Below are positions 20,035 to 30,035 of a stretch of DNA of 64,000 nucleotides, piece by piece. Under the pieces are notes generated by a model, which saw nothing but the letters and a program-made list of their open reading frames with translations, did no database searches and was not told the DNA's origin. Position 1 is the stretch's first letter. Each line of letters opens with the position of its first letter. Position numbers and translations under genes: made by a program. Origin of the DNA: Leptospiraceae bacterium (GTDB lineage Bacteria > Spirochaetota > Leptospiria > Leptospirales > Leptospiraceae); the NCBI GenBank assembly GCA_947458405.1, contig CANGZW010000008.1, positions 4,523 to 68,522 of the forward strand, in the 5' to 3' direction.

Positions 20035-21179
20035 GATAAATTCTCCGACTTAGTTATATTTAACAAAATTCCCAGGGAGATCATTATAGTCAATAAAGAT
20101 GATCCACCGTAACTAAGAAAGGGAAGACTTATTCCTGTAATAGGAAAGATTCCAGTGACTACATACATATTCACAAGTAATTGAACTGCTATTACACTAA
20201 GTAATCCTGCACCTAATAAGAAACCAAATGGATCAGAGACTCTGCGTAATAAAAGTGTAAAACGTAATAATAGAAAAAAAAATAATCCTGTAAGTATAAA
20301 AAATCCAAGTAAACCATAGTCTTCCACAAAAGTTGCCAATACAAAGTCTGTATGACTATAAGTTAAATATCTATGAGAATACCCTGTAGAAAGTGGATTA
20401 CCAAAAAATCCTCCTTCCATAAATGATCGAAAAGATGATACAGATTGATGACCCTCATCAAACCTGTATTTGTATGGATTCAACCAAACATCAATTCTTT
20501 TTTTTCTATAGCCAACACTAAAAATAAGCATTATCAGTAGAGGGGTAATTGCAAAGAAGAATATTATTAATTTTCCTATAGGAAATCCATCTAAAAAAAA
20601 TAAGAGTCCTATTAGTAAAATGATTTCAACAGAAGTACCATAAGCCGGTTCAAAAATAATTAGAGCAACTACTATTGATATTAAAATTGCAGGAGGAAGA
20701 AAAAATTTTAATTCTTTATTTTCAGTTGCTCTATACCTGACTAATATATGTGATACGTAAACCATTATAGATATCTTTGCAAATTCTGAAGGTTGGAATT
20801 GAATAAAACCAAGATTTACCCATCGATTAAAATTTCTTCCATAATGGGTATCAACTGATCTTCCAAGTCCGGGAACAAAAACTAATATTAATAAAAAAAT
20901 AGAAAATAATATTGTATATAATGCTAACTTTTTTAATAGATTATATGGAATATTAAGTAAAATAAAGAAAACAATCAAAGATATACCAGCCCATAATGAC
21001 TGCTTTTTTAGAAGCATATAGGGGTCATTAAATTCTCTTAGAGATGTAACAGTTGAAGCTGAAAATAAAATAGCAAGCCCAATAAATTGTAATATGATTA
21101 TAGAATAAAGAGCAGGTAAATCAATAAAATTAGATCCTATTGAAAAAAAATATCCTTCATTATTGTTTTTCGATTTCAT
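20031..21179 (-). CDS. ftsW: SEDS-family peptidoglycan polymerase / cell division protein FtsW
   Basis: Polytopic membrane protein with a SHTDFV motif and PFLSYGGSS. It lies between mraY and murG with 4-nt overlaps on both sides. Confidence 0.8.
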   Translation of the reverse strand: MKSKNNNEGYFFSIGSNFIDLPALYSIIILQFIGLAILFSASTVTSLREFNDPYMLLKKQSLWAGISLIVFFILLNIPYNLLKKLALYTILFSIFLLILVFVPGLGRSVDTHYGRNFNRWVNLGFIQFQPSEFAKISIMVYVSHILVRYRATENKELKFFLPPAILISIVVALIIFEPAYGTSVEIILLIGLLFFLDGFPIGKLIIFFFAITPLLIMLIFSVGYRKKRIDVWLNPYKYRFDEGHQSVSSFRSFMEGGFFGNPLSTGYSHRYLTYSHTDFVLATFVEDYGLLGFFILTGLFFFLLLRFTLLLRRVSDPFGFLLGAGLLSVIAVQLLVNMYVVTGIFPITGISLPFLSYGGSSLLTIMISLGILLNITKSENLS

Positions 21180-22288
21180 TGAATTTTTAGTGATGAAAGT
21201 GTAATTAATGCTAAAATAATTCCTATTATATAAAAACGAAGGACTATTTTAGTTTCCTTAAGCCCATCCAATTCAAAATGATGATGAATAGGTGCCATCT
21301 TAAAGATTCTTTTTGATCTCAATCGAAATGACCCAACTTGAAGTATCACGCTTAGTGCTTCCATAACAAATATTCCCCCTAGAATAGGAAGACTCATTTC
21401 TTTTTTCAGCATTATTGCTACCATACCCAGAGTTGCTCCTAAAAATAATGATCCTGTATCACCCATAAATACTTCTGCAGGATGTGCATTGAACCATAAA
21501 AATCCTAATAGGGATCCCGTTAATGCAGAAAGAAATACAGAATATTCATGTGCACCGGGTAAGTAGGGAATATTCAAATAATTTGCGGCGACTGGTGTTC
21601 CAGATACATAAGAAATTACACCCAATGTAGATGTAGCTATAGCTACAGTTCCTCCGGCGAGCCCATCTAATCCATCCGTTAGATTTACAGCATGAGAGCT
21701 TCCTATAATTATAAATACTGAAAATGGAAGCATGAAAATACCTAAATCTAAAATAGGTCCCTTTATAAAAGGAACAAAAAGGTCAGTTAATTCAAATTGG
21801 ATTCCCTTATTATCTCTTCCGGGAATAGACCCTGTGATATAAAAATAAATGTATGTCAATACAATTCCCAAAAATATTGTGATAAGAAATTTAGTTCTAC
21901 TTCTCATACCACCTTTAACTTTTAAAATAGCTTTCTCATAGTCATCTCTAAAACCAAGTATTGAGAATGATAAAGCACAGCCACAAAGTAATAAAAAATT
22001 ATAATTCTTTAAATTTCCCCATAATATTGATGATAATAGCAATGAAGTAATTATCATCAATCCACCCATTGTAGGTGTTCCTGATTTTGTTTCGTGGGAT
22101 TTTGGACCATCAGTACGAACTGTTTCTTTGAATTTTAATTTATATAAAAAATTAATAATTCTCTTTCCAAAATAAAAACTAAAAAACATAGAAGTTAGGC
22201 CTGCCATGAGAGCACGAAATGTTACATAATTAAAAATACGAAACCAACCGGGTTCCTCTCCATAAAAGTCATAAAGTAATTGAAACAT
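21176..22288 (-). CDS. mraY: Phospho-N-acetylmuramoyl-pentapeptide transferase
   Basis: [16 protein letters not shown] and APIHHHFE motifs. Confidence 0.9.
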   Translation of the reverse strand: MFQLLYDFYGEEPGWFRIFNYVTFRALMAGLTSMFFSFYFGKRIINFLYKLKFKETVRTDGPKSHETKSGTPTMGGLMIITSLLLSSILWGNLKNYNFLLLCGCALSFSILGFRDDYEKAILKVKGGMRSRTKFLITIFLGIVLTYIYFYITGSIPGRDNKGIQFELTDLFVPFIKGPILDLGIFMLPFSVFIIIGSSHAVNLTDGLDGLAGGTVAIATSTLGVISYVSGTPVAANYLNIPYLPGAHEYSVFLSALTGSLLGFLWFNAHPAEVFMGDTGSLFLGATLGMVAIMLKKEMSLPILGGIFVMEALSVILQVGSFRLRSKRIFKMAPIHHHFELDGLKETKIVLRFYIIGIILALITLSSLKIQ

Positions 22289-22311
22289 TCTAATCTGCCT
22301 ATTCTATTATT

Positions 22312-23823
22312 TTAAACATGGAAAGCATTTTTTAATTCCTCCAAATCGCTAAAAGGAGTTTTTGTAGTTCCAAGTATTTGATAATTTTCATGCCCCTTGC
22401 CCGCAACTAATAAAAATCCATTTTTAGGGAGTAAATTTGTTGCTATTTGAATCGCTTTTTTTCGATCAACTTCAATTGAATAATTGGTATAAGAATTTAC
22501 TATACCACTTTCAATTTCTTTTATAATTGAAAGTGGATCTTCTGTTCTAGGATTATCGGATGTAAGAATGACCCTGTCAGACAGTTTACAGGCAATCATT
22601 CCCATCAGTGGTCTTTTTTTCTTATCACGATCACCTCCGCAACCAAATACAGTTATTATTTCACTGTGCGGAATCTCTTTTATGCTATATAAAATATTTT
22701 GAAGGGCATCAGGAGTATGTGCATAGTCAACTATACCAATTTTTTCATTATTTTCTGAATATATGATTTCAAATCTTCCTTGAATTGGTTGTACTTCACT
22801 GATTACTTTTACAATTTCCTCTTTTTTTGTAGGCAAGAGTGTTGTTGTTAAGGTATATGCCAAGCCCGTATTAATGAAATTAAAATTCCCTAATAATTTA
22901 GTTTCTATTTTTATACTATTTTCACCCTGTTGAACATTATAAATTGTTTTATTAATTTTTAATTCCGGATCTTCAGATTTAAAATCTCCATTTTTACCAA
23001 ATGTAGTACAACTATAATTAGGATTGGAGTTTTTTATAAGGTCGTACATTTTTTCTGATCCGGGAGAATCTATTGAAATAACAGCTACTTTATTTTTAAC
23101 TTTTGAGTTTTGAAGTAAGTTAAACAATATAAATTTACTTTTCAAATAATCATCCATATCTTTATGGAAATCTTGATGATCGGGAGTTAAATTTGTAAAA
23201 AGTGCACCTTTAAATTGACATCCATTTAATCTTCCCAATTTTAATCCATGAGAACTAGCTTCCAAGAAAACATATTTTACTCCAGAAGATGCCATTTTAC
23301 TTAAGTGAAATTGTAGAGTAGAGGGATCTGGAGTGGTATAACCAGATTCATAAATTATATTATTATATTTAATGTGTAAGGTACCAATTAAACCTGATTT
23401 TAAACCTAACTTAGAGAATATTTCAAATAAAACAGCCGTTGTTGTTGTCTTACCATTCGTACCAGTTACTGCTATTACCTCCATTTTTTTAGATGGATCT
23501 CCCAATAAGTACGAGGCTATATATCCATGCATTTCTGCCGGATCTGATTTTGAAACCATAATTGTCGTAATATTCTGTTTATTATCTAACTTATCTTTTA
23601 AAAGATTATAAGATTTCTCACTCAAATACAAGTAGGTACAATTATTCTCTAAAGATTTATTCAAATATTCGATAGCAGAATTTAGATGGATATCATAAAG
23701 GCAATAAATATCATTGGTTTTTGTTTTTCTGGAGTCAGATTCTATATAATCAATTTCATAGAACATTTCTCCTTTTACCAAGGAAAGTTCTGGAAATTTT
23801 TTAATAAGTCGATTGAAATTCAT
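22312..23823 (-). CDS. murE: UDP-MurNAc-L-Ala-D-Glu:meso-diaminopimelate ligase
   Basis: VTGTNGKTTT P-loop, plus a DNPR motif (TSDNPRTEDP) typical of meso-DAP-adding MurE. Confidence 0.85.
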   Translation of the reverse strand: MNFNRLIKKFPELSLVKGEMFYEIDYIESDSRKTKTNDIYCLYDIHLNSAIEYLNKSLENNCTYLYLSEKSYNLLKDKLDNKQNITTIMVSKSDPAEMHGYIASYLLGDPSKKMEVIAVTGTNGKTTTTAVLFEIFSKLGLKSGLIGTLHIKYNNIIYESGYTTPDPSTLQFHLSKMASSGVKYVFLEASSHGLKLGRLNGCQFKGALFTNLTPDHQDFHKDMDDYLKSKFILFNLLQNSKVKNKVAVISIDSPGSEKMYDLIKNSNPNYSCTTFGKNGDFKSEDPELKINKTIYNVQQGENSIKIETKLLGNFNFINTGLAYTLTTTLLPTKKEEIVKVISEVQPIQGRFEIIYSENNEKIGIVDYAHTPDALQNILYSIKEIPHSEIITVFGCGGDRDKKKRPLMGMIACKLSDRVILTSDNPRTEDPLSIIKEIESGIVNSYTNYSIEVDRKKAIQIATNLLPKNGFLLVAGKGHENYQILGTTKTPFSDLEELKNAFHV

Positions 23824-23894
23824 TTTTTTTATTATCTTAAAATTTTATTTTTTATAAATTAAATTAATATATATATTTGTAAGGAATATATAAA

Positions 23895-24215
23895 TTATTT
23901 AGATAAATTTTTATTTTCAGAAAATTTATCTTTAGGAAGGGTAAGTGTGACTATTTTATTACCGGAGTAAGTTGATGTTAGTTTGTTATTCTTTTTATAT
24001 AAGGTATCTATTCTTTCAATACTACTTGAACTTGCAATTCTAGACTTAAGATCATGATTTTTTTTATATAGATCTTCTTTTTTTTGAGAAAGTTTTTTAA
24101 CTTCTCTACTTAGATTTGCAAATGATATGCTTTGCCATACCAAAAAATAGATAATAAATATAGGAAAAGAGATTGTAAATATAGCCTTGATGAGTGTTAA
24201 AAAACTATCTTTCAT
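23895..24215 (-). CDS. ftsL: FtsL-like cell division protein
   Basis: 106 aa with a single N-terminal TM followed by a coiled-coil (LSREVKKLSQKKEDLYKKNHDLKSRI). Position directly after rsmH fits FtsL. Confidence 0.5.
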   Translation of the reverse strand: MKDSFLTLIKAIFTISFPIFIIYFLVWQSISFANLSREVKKLSQKKEDLYKKNHDLKSRIASSSSIERIDTLYKKNNKLTSTYSGNKIVTLTLPKDKFSENKNLSK

Positions 24216-24224
24216 TTCTTCCTC

Positions 24225-25124
24225 TTATATTTTTTTTGCTACCCTTAATTTAGCAGATCTCGATGCAGAATTTATTAATATTTCTTCATCACTTGGTAAA
24301 ATCGGCTTTTTGGTTAGAATCTCAACCACTTTTTCTTCTTTATGTTTCTTAAAAATATTCTTTACAATCCTATCTTCAAGAGAGTGAAAAGAAATACAAC
24401 AAATTATTCCCCCTATATTTAAGAGTGGTATTAGATTATTCAAACCTTTTTCAATATGACTCAATTCATCATTTACCTCTATTCTTAAGGCTTGAAATAT
24501 TCGAAAGGCAGGATGAACCTTCGGAGGCCAGAATTTCCGTGGAATCACCTGTTCTACCAATTCTGCAATGTCTCTATTTGTTCTAAAAGGATTTTTGCGT
24601 CTATGATTTACCACTGCATTTGCAATTTTTTTTGACCAATTTTCTTCTCCCAAATCATAAAAAATTCTAAATAGATCATCTTCTTTGCTATAGTTTAGTA
24701 CATCACTAGCTGTTTTCTTGGAGTCCGGGGAAAGCCTCATGTCTAATTCTTCATTACCTGAAAAAGTAAATCCTCTTTTGGATTTTTTAATGTGGTACAT
24801 GGAAATTCCAAAATCTAATAAAATCCCATCTATACCTTTTATGTTATTTTCTGATAATTTTTCTGATGAAAAATCTGAAAAATTAATATTATATGGTAAA
24901 ATTCTATCAATATTTTCAATATTTCTTCTTTTAGCTCTATCTAAAAGATCAGGATCGCGATCTAATAAAAATAATTTAGAAAAAGGAAAATGATTTAAAA
25001 TTTCATATGTATGACCACCTTCTCCAGCAGTACAATCTAAAAATAGATTCTTTTCTGTGGTATCAAAATAATTTATTATCTCATTTTTTAAAATAGGAAT
25101 ATGTACTATATCTAAGTTTTCCAT
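24225..25124 (-). CDS. rsmH: 16S rRNA (cytosine1402-N4)-methyltransferase
   Basis: HIPILKNEII, DCTAGEGGHT, DFGISMYH and SFHSLEDRIVK motifs. The ATG at 25124 (MENLDIVH) overlaps the TAA of the upstream gene (TAATG). Confidence 0.9.
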   Translation of the reverse strand: MENLDIVHIPILKNEIINYFDTTEKNLFLDCTAGEGGHTYEILNHFPFSKLFLLDRDPDLLDRAKRRNIENIDRILPYNINFSDFSSEKLSENNIKGIDGILLDFGISMYHIKKSKRGFTFSGNEELDMRLSPDSKKTASDVLNYSKEDDLFRIFYDLGEENWSKKIANAVVNHRRKNPFRTNRDIAELVEQVIPRKFWPPKVHPAFRIFQALRIEVNDELSHIEKGLNNLIPLLNIGGIICCISFHSLEDRIVKNIFKKHKEEKVVEILTKKPILPSDEEILINSASRSAKLRVAKKI

Positions 25125-26266
25125 TATTTCTTTTTTTCTGAAACTGTAAGAGCAGGAATACATTCAGGGAAGAAACCACTAAAGAGTCCTAAAGAATCTG
25201 TAAGATTATTCTCCCTTAGAATTTCAACTTCAGTAAGATTTAATGTGTTTAAAATTGTATCTATATAGGACAAATTAAAGCATAATTTGTAAGAAATTTC
25301 TTTACTATACTTTTTATTTAATAAATTAATAGTGGATTCCTTACAATTTTGTCTTACAGAAAATTTGATTTGTTCTCTACTAATTGTATTTGATTTAAAA
25401 TAAGATCCAATTTCTGACCAAACTGAACCAATAGCATAAAATTTAATATTGGAGTCTCTAATCTCTTCTAATTTTTTATAATTTTTAGATTCTATAAATC
25501 TATCTTTAATATATGTCTTACAATCTTCAAAATTCTCCCAACCACTGTGAATATTTTGAAAAAATTCTGATATTGGTTGCCGGCAATAAAAAAACTCTTT
25601 TCTATATTTTTCACCATCAGAAAAAATTTGATTAGTAGCAAGATCTTCTCTAAATACAGCTGTTTGCTTTGAGTCCTGAAATTTTACTATATGAAAAATA
25701 TTTTCACCGGTGTAAAGATATAAAAAATCATTTGAGCTACTTGGAAAATCTTTAGTAGCACTTTCTTTAAAAACAGATGTAATTTCATCTTTTTCTAATT
25801 TTTTTACTAATGCGGGTATTTTATTTTTTAATAATATTTCTTCAAGATCTTTAGAATAATTTTTAGATAATGTTGGATCATTCAATGAAGATTCATTTTC
25901 AAGAGTTACTACAATAACTTTTTTGATATTTCTTCCTATATTAGGATTTTTCAATTGAATTTCAGATATTCCTTTGATTATAATATCTGCGGACTCACGG
26001 ACAGACATTTTAAAAAGTGAATTTTCCGTAACAATTGTAGTACATGAATATTCTGTTGAACTTTCACTTTTTACACAGGATTTTATTTGACTATTTGAAT
26101 TTATAGAGTAGGGGACTATACAAAATTTAGTATAATTTAAACCAGCCAATACAGTTACTCTGTAAGATATGTCTTTACTATACGAGAATTTATTTATTTG
26201 TTTATAGCAAGAAAGAAAGGAAAATATAAGTAAAAAATAAATTAAAAAGTTTTTTATGCACTGCAA
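25124..26266 (-). CDS. Hypothetical lipoprotein
   Basis: 380 aa with a signal peptide and lipobox LIFSFLSC. The TTG start is obligatory, since the next in-frame Met is near residue 97. No family recognised. Confidence 0.55.
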   Translation of the reverse strand: MQCIKNFLIYFLLIFSFLSCYKQINKFSYSKDISYRVTVLAGLNYTKFCIVPYSINSNSQIKSCVKSESSTEYSCTTIVTENSLFKMSVRESADIIIKGISEIQLKNPNIGRNIKKVIVVTLENESSLNDPTLSKNYSKDLEEILLKNKIPALVKKLEKDEITSVFKESATKDFPSSSNDFLYLYTGENIFHIVKFQDSKQTAVFREDLATNQIFSDGEKYRKEFFYCRQPISEFFQNIHSGWENFEDCKTYIKDRFIESKNYKKLEEIRDSNIKFYAIGSVWSEIGSYFKSNTISREQIKFSVRQNCKESTINLLNKKYSKEISYKLCFNLSYIDTILNTLNLTEVEILRENNLTDSLGLFSGFFPECIPALTVSEKKK

Positions 26267-26304
26267 GAATATATATCTCGCAGTAATAGTTTTATTATTC
26301 AGGA

Positions 26305-26661
26305 TTATCTCAGATTAGTAATGTCTCTATATGCTCGAATGATTCCATCTACAACCGTTTTAGTAAAAGTTAAGGAGATTCTAGCTTTTTCTGCTGCTAT
26401 CATTACCTCGTGTGCTTCTACGCTATTAGGATTATAAATCATTTTTTGTGTAAGATCATCCGCTATAACCTGAGAGTCATTTACTTTTTCAAGGGATTTT
26501 TTGAATACTTCTGCAAAACTCTCAGAGATATCCTCATTATTGGAAACAGGCTCAGAATTCCCATAATGTAGGGAATTAGTAGTTGTTATACCAATTTGTT
26601 CTCCTTTGGGAGAAATGGAATACGGAGTTCTATTCATATTTCCAATTGAACTTAAATTCAT
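26305..26661 (-). CDS. fliE: Flagellar hook-basal body complex protein FliE
   Basis: 118 aa. The conserved C-terminus HEVMIAAEKARISLTFTKTVVDGIIRAYRDITNL and its position after flgB-flgC fit FliE. Confidence 0.8.
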   Translation of the reverse strand: MNLSSIGNMNRTPYSISPKGEQIGITTTNSLHYGNSEPVSNNEDISESFAEVFKKSLEKVNDSQVIADDLTQKMIYNPNSVEAHEVMIAAEKARISLTFTKTVVDGIIRAYRDITNLR

Positions 26662-26663
26662 AA

Positions 26664-27125
26664 TTATGCCCTACCTATTTCGAGTGCTTTATTAAACATT
26701 GCCTTACTACCATTTATCATTTGAACATTTGCTTCATAAGATCTAGAGGCTGAAATCATATCCGTCATTTCTGTTACAATATTTATATTAGGAAACTCCA
26801 CATAGCCTTTTTTTTCCCCTACCTTAATTGAATCAGGATGGCTGGGGTCATAAACTAGTCTGAGTGGACTCATATCTTTCTCGATTTTCATAACTTTTAC
26901 ACCCTGACCCTCACCAGTTCTCAGGCCAAAAGGATATACTGGACTGTTCCACCTGGTTCTCAAATTGATGGGAGTCATGATTACTCTATCTCTTCTAAAG
27001 GGACCGTCCCCATTTGTATTGCGTGTTGTTGTAGAGTTAGCTATATTGTTAGAAATAACATCCATTCTCAATCTTTGAGAAGAAAGTCCGGTTGCTGAAA
27101 CATTAATAGATGAAAATAAACCCAT
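26664..27125 (-). CDS. flgC: Flagellar basal-body rod protein FlgC
   Basis: The N-terminus SATGLSSQRLRMDVISNNIANSTTTR and the C-terminus SRSYEANVQMINGSKAMFNKALEIGR match FlgC. Confidence 0.9.
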   Translation of the reverse strand: MGLFSSINVSATGLSSQRLRMDVISNNIANSTTTRNTNGDGPFRRDRVIMTPINLRTRWNSPVYPFGLRTGEGQGVKVMKIEKDMSPLRLVYDPSHPDSIKVGEKKGYVEFPNINIVTEMTDMISASRSYEANVQMINGSKAMFNKALEIGRA

Positions 27126-27137
27126 ATATTACCCCTT

Positions 27138-27569
27138 TTAAGCCTGTCTTAACACTAGATTTATTTGTTTAAAATTGTGATTCAGTCTTTCCACCATCAT
27201 AAAGTAGTGCATTTGATTGTGAGAAGCGTCAGTCATTTCTTTTTCCATATCAACATTGTTTCCATCTGCTCTAACTCTCGTTAGGTAGTCAGTTTTAATA
27301 GATGGATTTACATTTTTGTAGTCGGGTGCGGTGAAAAAATTTATATGTCTTTCGTCAGATACTTTAGTTGGAACAGTTTTTAATTTCTCAACTTTTTCAG
27401 ATTCAATTGCTCGCTTAAGATTTTCTTCAAAGCTTACTTCGCTTCTTTTAAATCCGGGAACATCGACGTTGGAGATATTGTCTGAGATTACTTTTCTTTT
27501 GACCAGAGAAGAATTTAAACCTCTCTCCAATAAATCCTGGGTTTTCATAAAATGGGATGATTCAAACAT
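27138..27569 (-). CDS. flgB: Flagellar basal-body rod protein FlgB
   Basis: SSLVKRKVISDNISNVDVPGFKR motif. The ATG at 27569 (MFESS) is preceded by GAGGTG, whereas the longest ORF starts at a TTG at 27584. Confidence 0.85.
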   Translation of the reverse strand: MFESSHFMKTQDLLERGLNSSLVKRKVISDNISNVDVPGFKRSEVSFEENLKRAIESEKVEKLKTVPTKVSDERHINFFTAPDYKNVNPSIKTDYLTRVRADGNNVDMEKEMTDASHNQMHYFMMVERLNHNFKQINLVLRQA

Positions 27570-27682
27570 AGACACCTCAAGCAATTAATCGACCTTTTCA
27601 TATTTTTCTTAAGAGCTTTTTCTCTAAAAATAAATCACTAAAGACTTTTTAGAAATCTTCGACAAAAGAAATAGGGGTTCCT

Positions 27683-29314
27683 ATGATAAAACCGAATGAT
27701 CTGTCAAAAATTACTTTTTTTCCAGAAAGAGACTTACCAAAGCCAGAAACCATAAATCCTAGCTCTGCTCCTTCTGATTTCCAAATTATTTTGCAAAATT
27801 CAAAGGAAGAGAACCCTCATGAGACTAGTCAAGGATATTCAGAATCAATTGCAAAAGATGAAGCAAGAGAGGTAGATGCCTCTAAAATCGGTAAAAATCA
27901 AGAACAAATAACTACCGAAAACTCTAACAATGAAAAATTAGAAAAGAGTAAAGAAGAAGGGGCGACAGTTACAGCGGAAAATTTGGATTTAAAAAGTTCT
28001 GAGACTGAAAAAGAAAACTCTTTAAATGAAGTAGATTCAAAAAGCCCTGTTAAAAACATAAAAACATCTTTTAATGAGCAAAATACTCACTCCTTCGATA
28101 TACTTAACATTGAAAAAAATAACAAAGGCTTAAGTATTGCCTCAATTCTACTGCCTGTTTTTCACAAAGAAGGGGCAACTGAGTTATTCCAAGAAAAGCT
28201 AAAATCGGGAGACAAAGAAAAAACCATCCCACCCAAAGAAATTTTTCCGCAAAAATCCCAGAGAGAATCGGGGGATTTATTAAAAAGTGTATTTTTAAGC
28301 AGTAATATAGAAAAATCTGCTCCAAAAGAAAAATCAGAAAAAGACACCAAAAACCTCTCAGCTAATGAAAAGTTAAAATCCAACCTGAAAATAAATGATG
28401 TAAAACAATCAATCGATGAGCTCAAATCTATTCAAACTCCTAAGATAGATGATAAATCTCTTGAAATGATAAAAAACACTTTGTTTTCCAGTAATATAGT
28501 AGCACAAGGTGAAAGTTCAGACTTAAATAATAAAAGTGATAAAAAAACCAAGCAAACAGCAGGTTTAAAGTCTAACACTGAAGTCTCAAAAAAAGAAATT
28601 TCAACTGAAGAATCAACAAATAAGGATAAAATATTTAATAAAGAAAATAGCACTATTCAAAAATTCAGTAAAGATGAAACAAACAGTATTACAGATAAAC
28701 TTCGTAGAATAGATAATAGTAGTACAAAGAAAGAAAAAGAAAACCTTACGCATGTTGATCTCTTTAAAGATAATTTTATAGATAAAAAAACAGAAGAAAA
28801 AAGTTCCCAACCTTCTAGTAATACAATTGAACAAAAATCTAAACAATTAGAAACCAAATCCGAGGTCAAATCTTCCCAAAAACCGGAAACAGTTGCCAGA
28901 AATTTTGCGGAAATAGTAAAAGCGGCTCGAATTCAAATTGTAGAAAATGGAAAAAATTCAGCCGAAATATCCCTTCAACCAAAAGACTTAGGAAAAATTA
29001 CTCTTTTTGTTTCAGAAGAAAACAATAGACTCGAAGGAAAAATTTTGGTAGAAAATGAAGCTACCAAACAAATGATTCTAGGTGATATGGCGGGTCTAAA
29101 AGCGGAGCTTAAAGCTGGTGGATTGGATTTATTTGAAATACAGGTAGATATTAACAATGAACCACCCTTTAAATTTACATCTTCAGAAAATGATAGAGAA
29201 AAAAATGAGAATTCAAGTGAATTTTCGGGAAATTTATCCGAGATTGAAAATGAAACAGAAAGTGAAAGTTTAACTTCTGATACAAATTTACGATTACTGG
29301 ATTTAAAAGTATAA
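27683..29314 (+). CDS. fliK: Flagellar hook-length control protein FliK
   Basis: 543 aa with a low-complexity K/E/S-rich body. The C-terminal Flg_hook-like block is [55 protein letters not shown]. It is immediately upstream of flgD-flgE. Confidence 0.65.
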   Translation: MIKPNDLSKITFFPERDLPKPETINPSSAPSDFQIILQNSKEENPHETSQGYSESIAKDEAREVDASKIGKNQEQITTENSNNEKLEKSKEEGATVTAENLDLKSSETEKENSLNEVDSKSPVKNIKTSFNEQNTHSFDILNIEKNNKGLSIASILLPVFHKEGATELFQEKLKSGDKEKTIPPKEIFPQKSQRESGDLLKSVFLSSNIEKSAPKEKSEKDTKNLSANEKLKSNLKINDVKQSIDELKSIQTPKIDDKSLEMIKNTLFSSNIVAQGESSDLNNKSDKKTKQTAGLKSNTEVSKKEISTEESTNKDKIFNKENSTIQKFSKDETNSITDKLRRIDNSSTKKEKENLTHVDLFKDNFIDKKTEEKSSQPSSNTIEQKSKQLETKSEVKSSQKPETVARNFAEIVKAARIQIVENGKNSAEISLQPKDLGKITLFVSEENNRLEGKILVENEATKQMILGDMAGLKAELKAGGLDLFEIQVDINNEPPFKFTSSENDREKNENSSEFSGNLSEIENETESESLTSDTNLRLLDLKV

Positions 29315-29318
29315 AGCT

Positions 29319-30005
29319 ATGCCGGATATATCTAGAACAAGTAATCCTTCTGAAGAAGCAATTCGCAATCGATATTTAGATGGAGATAAAAGATTCGATG
29401 TAAAAACTCATCTAAAAAGACTAGAAAAAGAAGAGAAAAGCGGACTAAAGAATATTGAAATACGTTCCGCCCCTAAACAGTTAGGAAAGGATGATTTTCT
29501 TAAACTTTTAATTACCCAATTATCCAAACAAGATCCAACCAATCCAGTAAAAGACCAGGATTTTATTGCTCAAATGGCACAGTTTTCAAGTCTTGAGCAA
29601 ATGAAAAACATATCAACTTCCATGCAGAGAATGGAAAATAGACAAAGTTATACTTTAGTTGGAAAATTAGTAAGCGGACCCGACTTTGTTTCGGGAGAAA
29701 CAGTTACAGGTATTGCATCTGCACTTTTCTTTGATGCGGATGGAAAGTCTTTTGTGAGAGTGAGCGGTAAAACAATTGAAGTAGAACAAATTAATCTAAT
29801 TTCCGATCCCGCAATTTTAAACTCGGAAGTAGTCGAAACACTTTCAACGACTCCAGAAAATTCTTCAAAAAATTCAAAAGAAGACTCATCTTTTTATGAA
29901 AACAACCGAAATTCTAAAGAGATTCCCAGCGAAGAAAAGTCGTTGGACAGAAGGGAAGGTGATAAAAATTTTCCCGGAGCGAAAAATAGTAAAAATGGTT
30001 ATTAA
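29319..30005 (+). CDS. flgD: Flagellar hook assembly/capping protein FlgD
   Basis: [41 protein letters not shown] is the FlgD N-terminal signature. Confidence 0.85.
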   Translation: MPDISRTSNPSEEAIRNRYLDGDKRFDVKTHLKRLEKEEKSGLKNIEIRSAPKQLGKDDFLKLLITQLSKQDPTNPVKDQDFIAQMAQFSSLEQMKNISTSMQRMENRQSYTLVGKLVSGPDFVSGETVTGIASALFFDADGKSFVRVSGKTIEVEQINLISDPAILNSEVVETLSTTPENSSKNSKEDSSFYENNRNSKEIPSEEKSLDRREGDKNFPGAKNSKNGY

Positions 30006-30035
30006 AAATAAATTTATTTCTGAGGTAGAAGCTAT

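Noticed and set aside
27586-27611. A sigma-28-like promoter upstream of flgB on the minus strand: TAAGAAAA, then 10 nt, then GTCGATTA.
   Set aside because: The spacing is one short of the consensus I remember, and both boxes are imperfect. The -10-like box ends only about 17 nt from the ATG, leaving an implausibly short leader. It cannot be supported without transcription start-site data.
28104-28869. A cluster of 70-87-aa ORFs antisense to fliK. Similar antisense or overlapping ORFs occur elsewhere, for example 18-224, 1008-1429, 2215-2412, 4081-4827, 15444-15680, 53152-53809, 59008-59322 and 63231-63769.
   Set aside because: All lie entirely inside longer ORFs that carry clear family motifs or strong coding character. 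Their translations are low-complexity, and they lack RBS or motif support. I treat them as frame artefacts.
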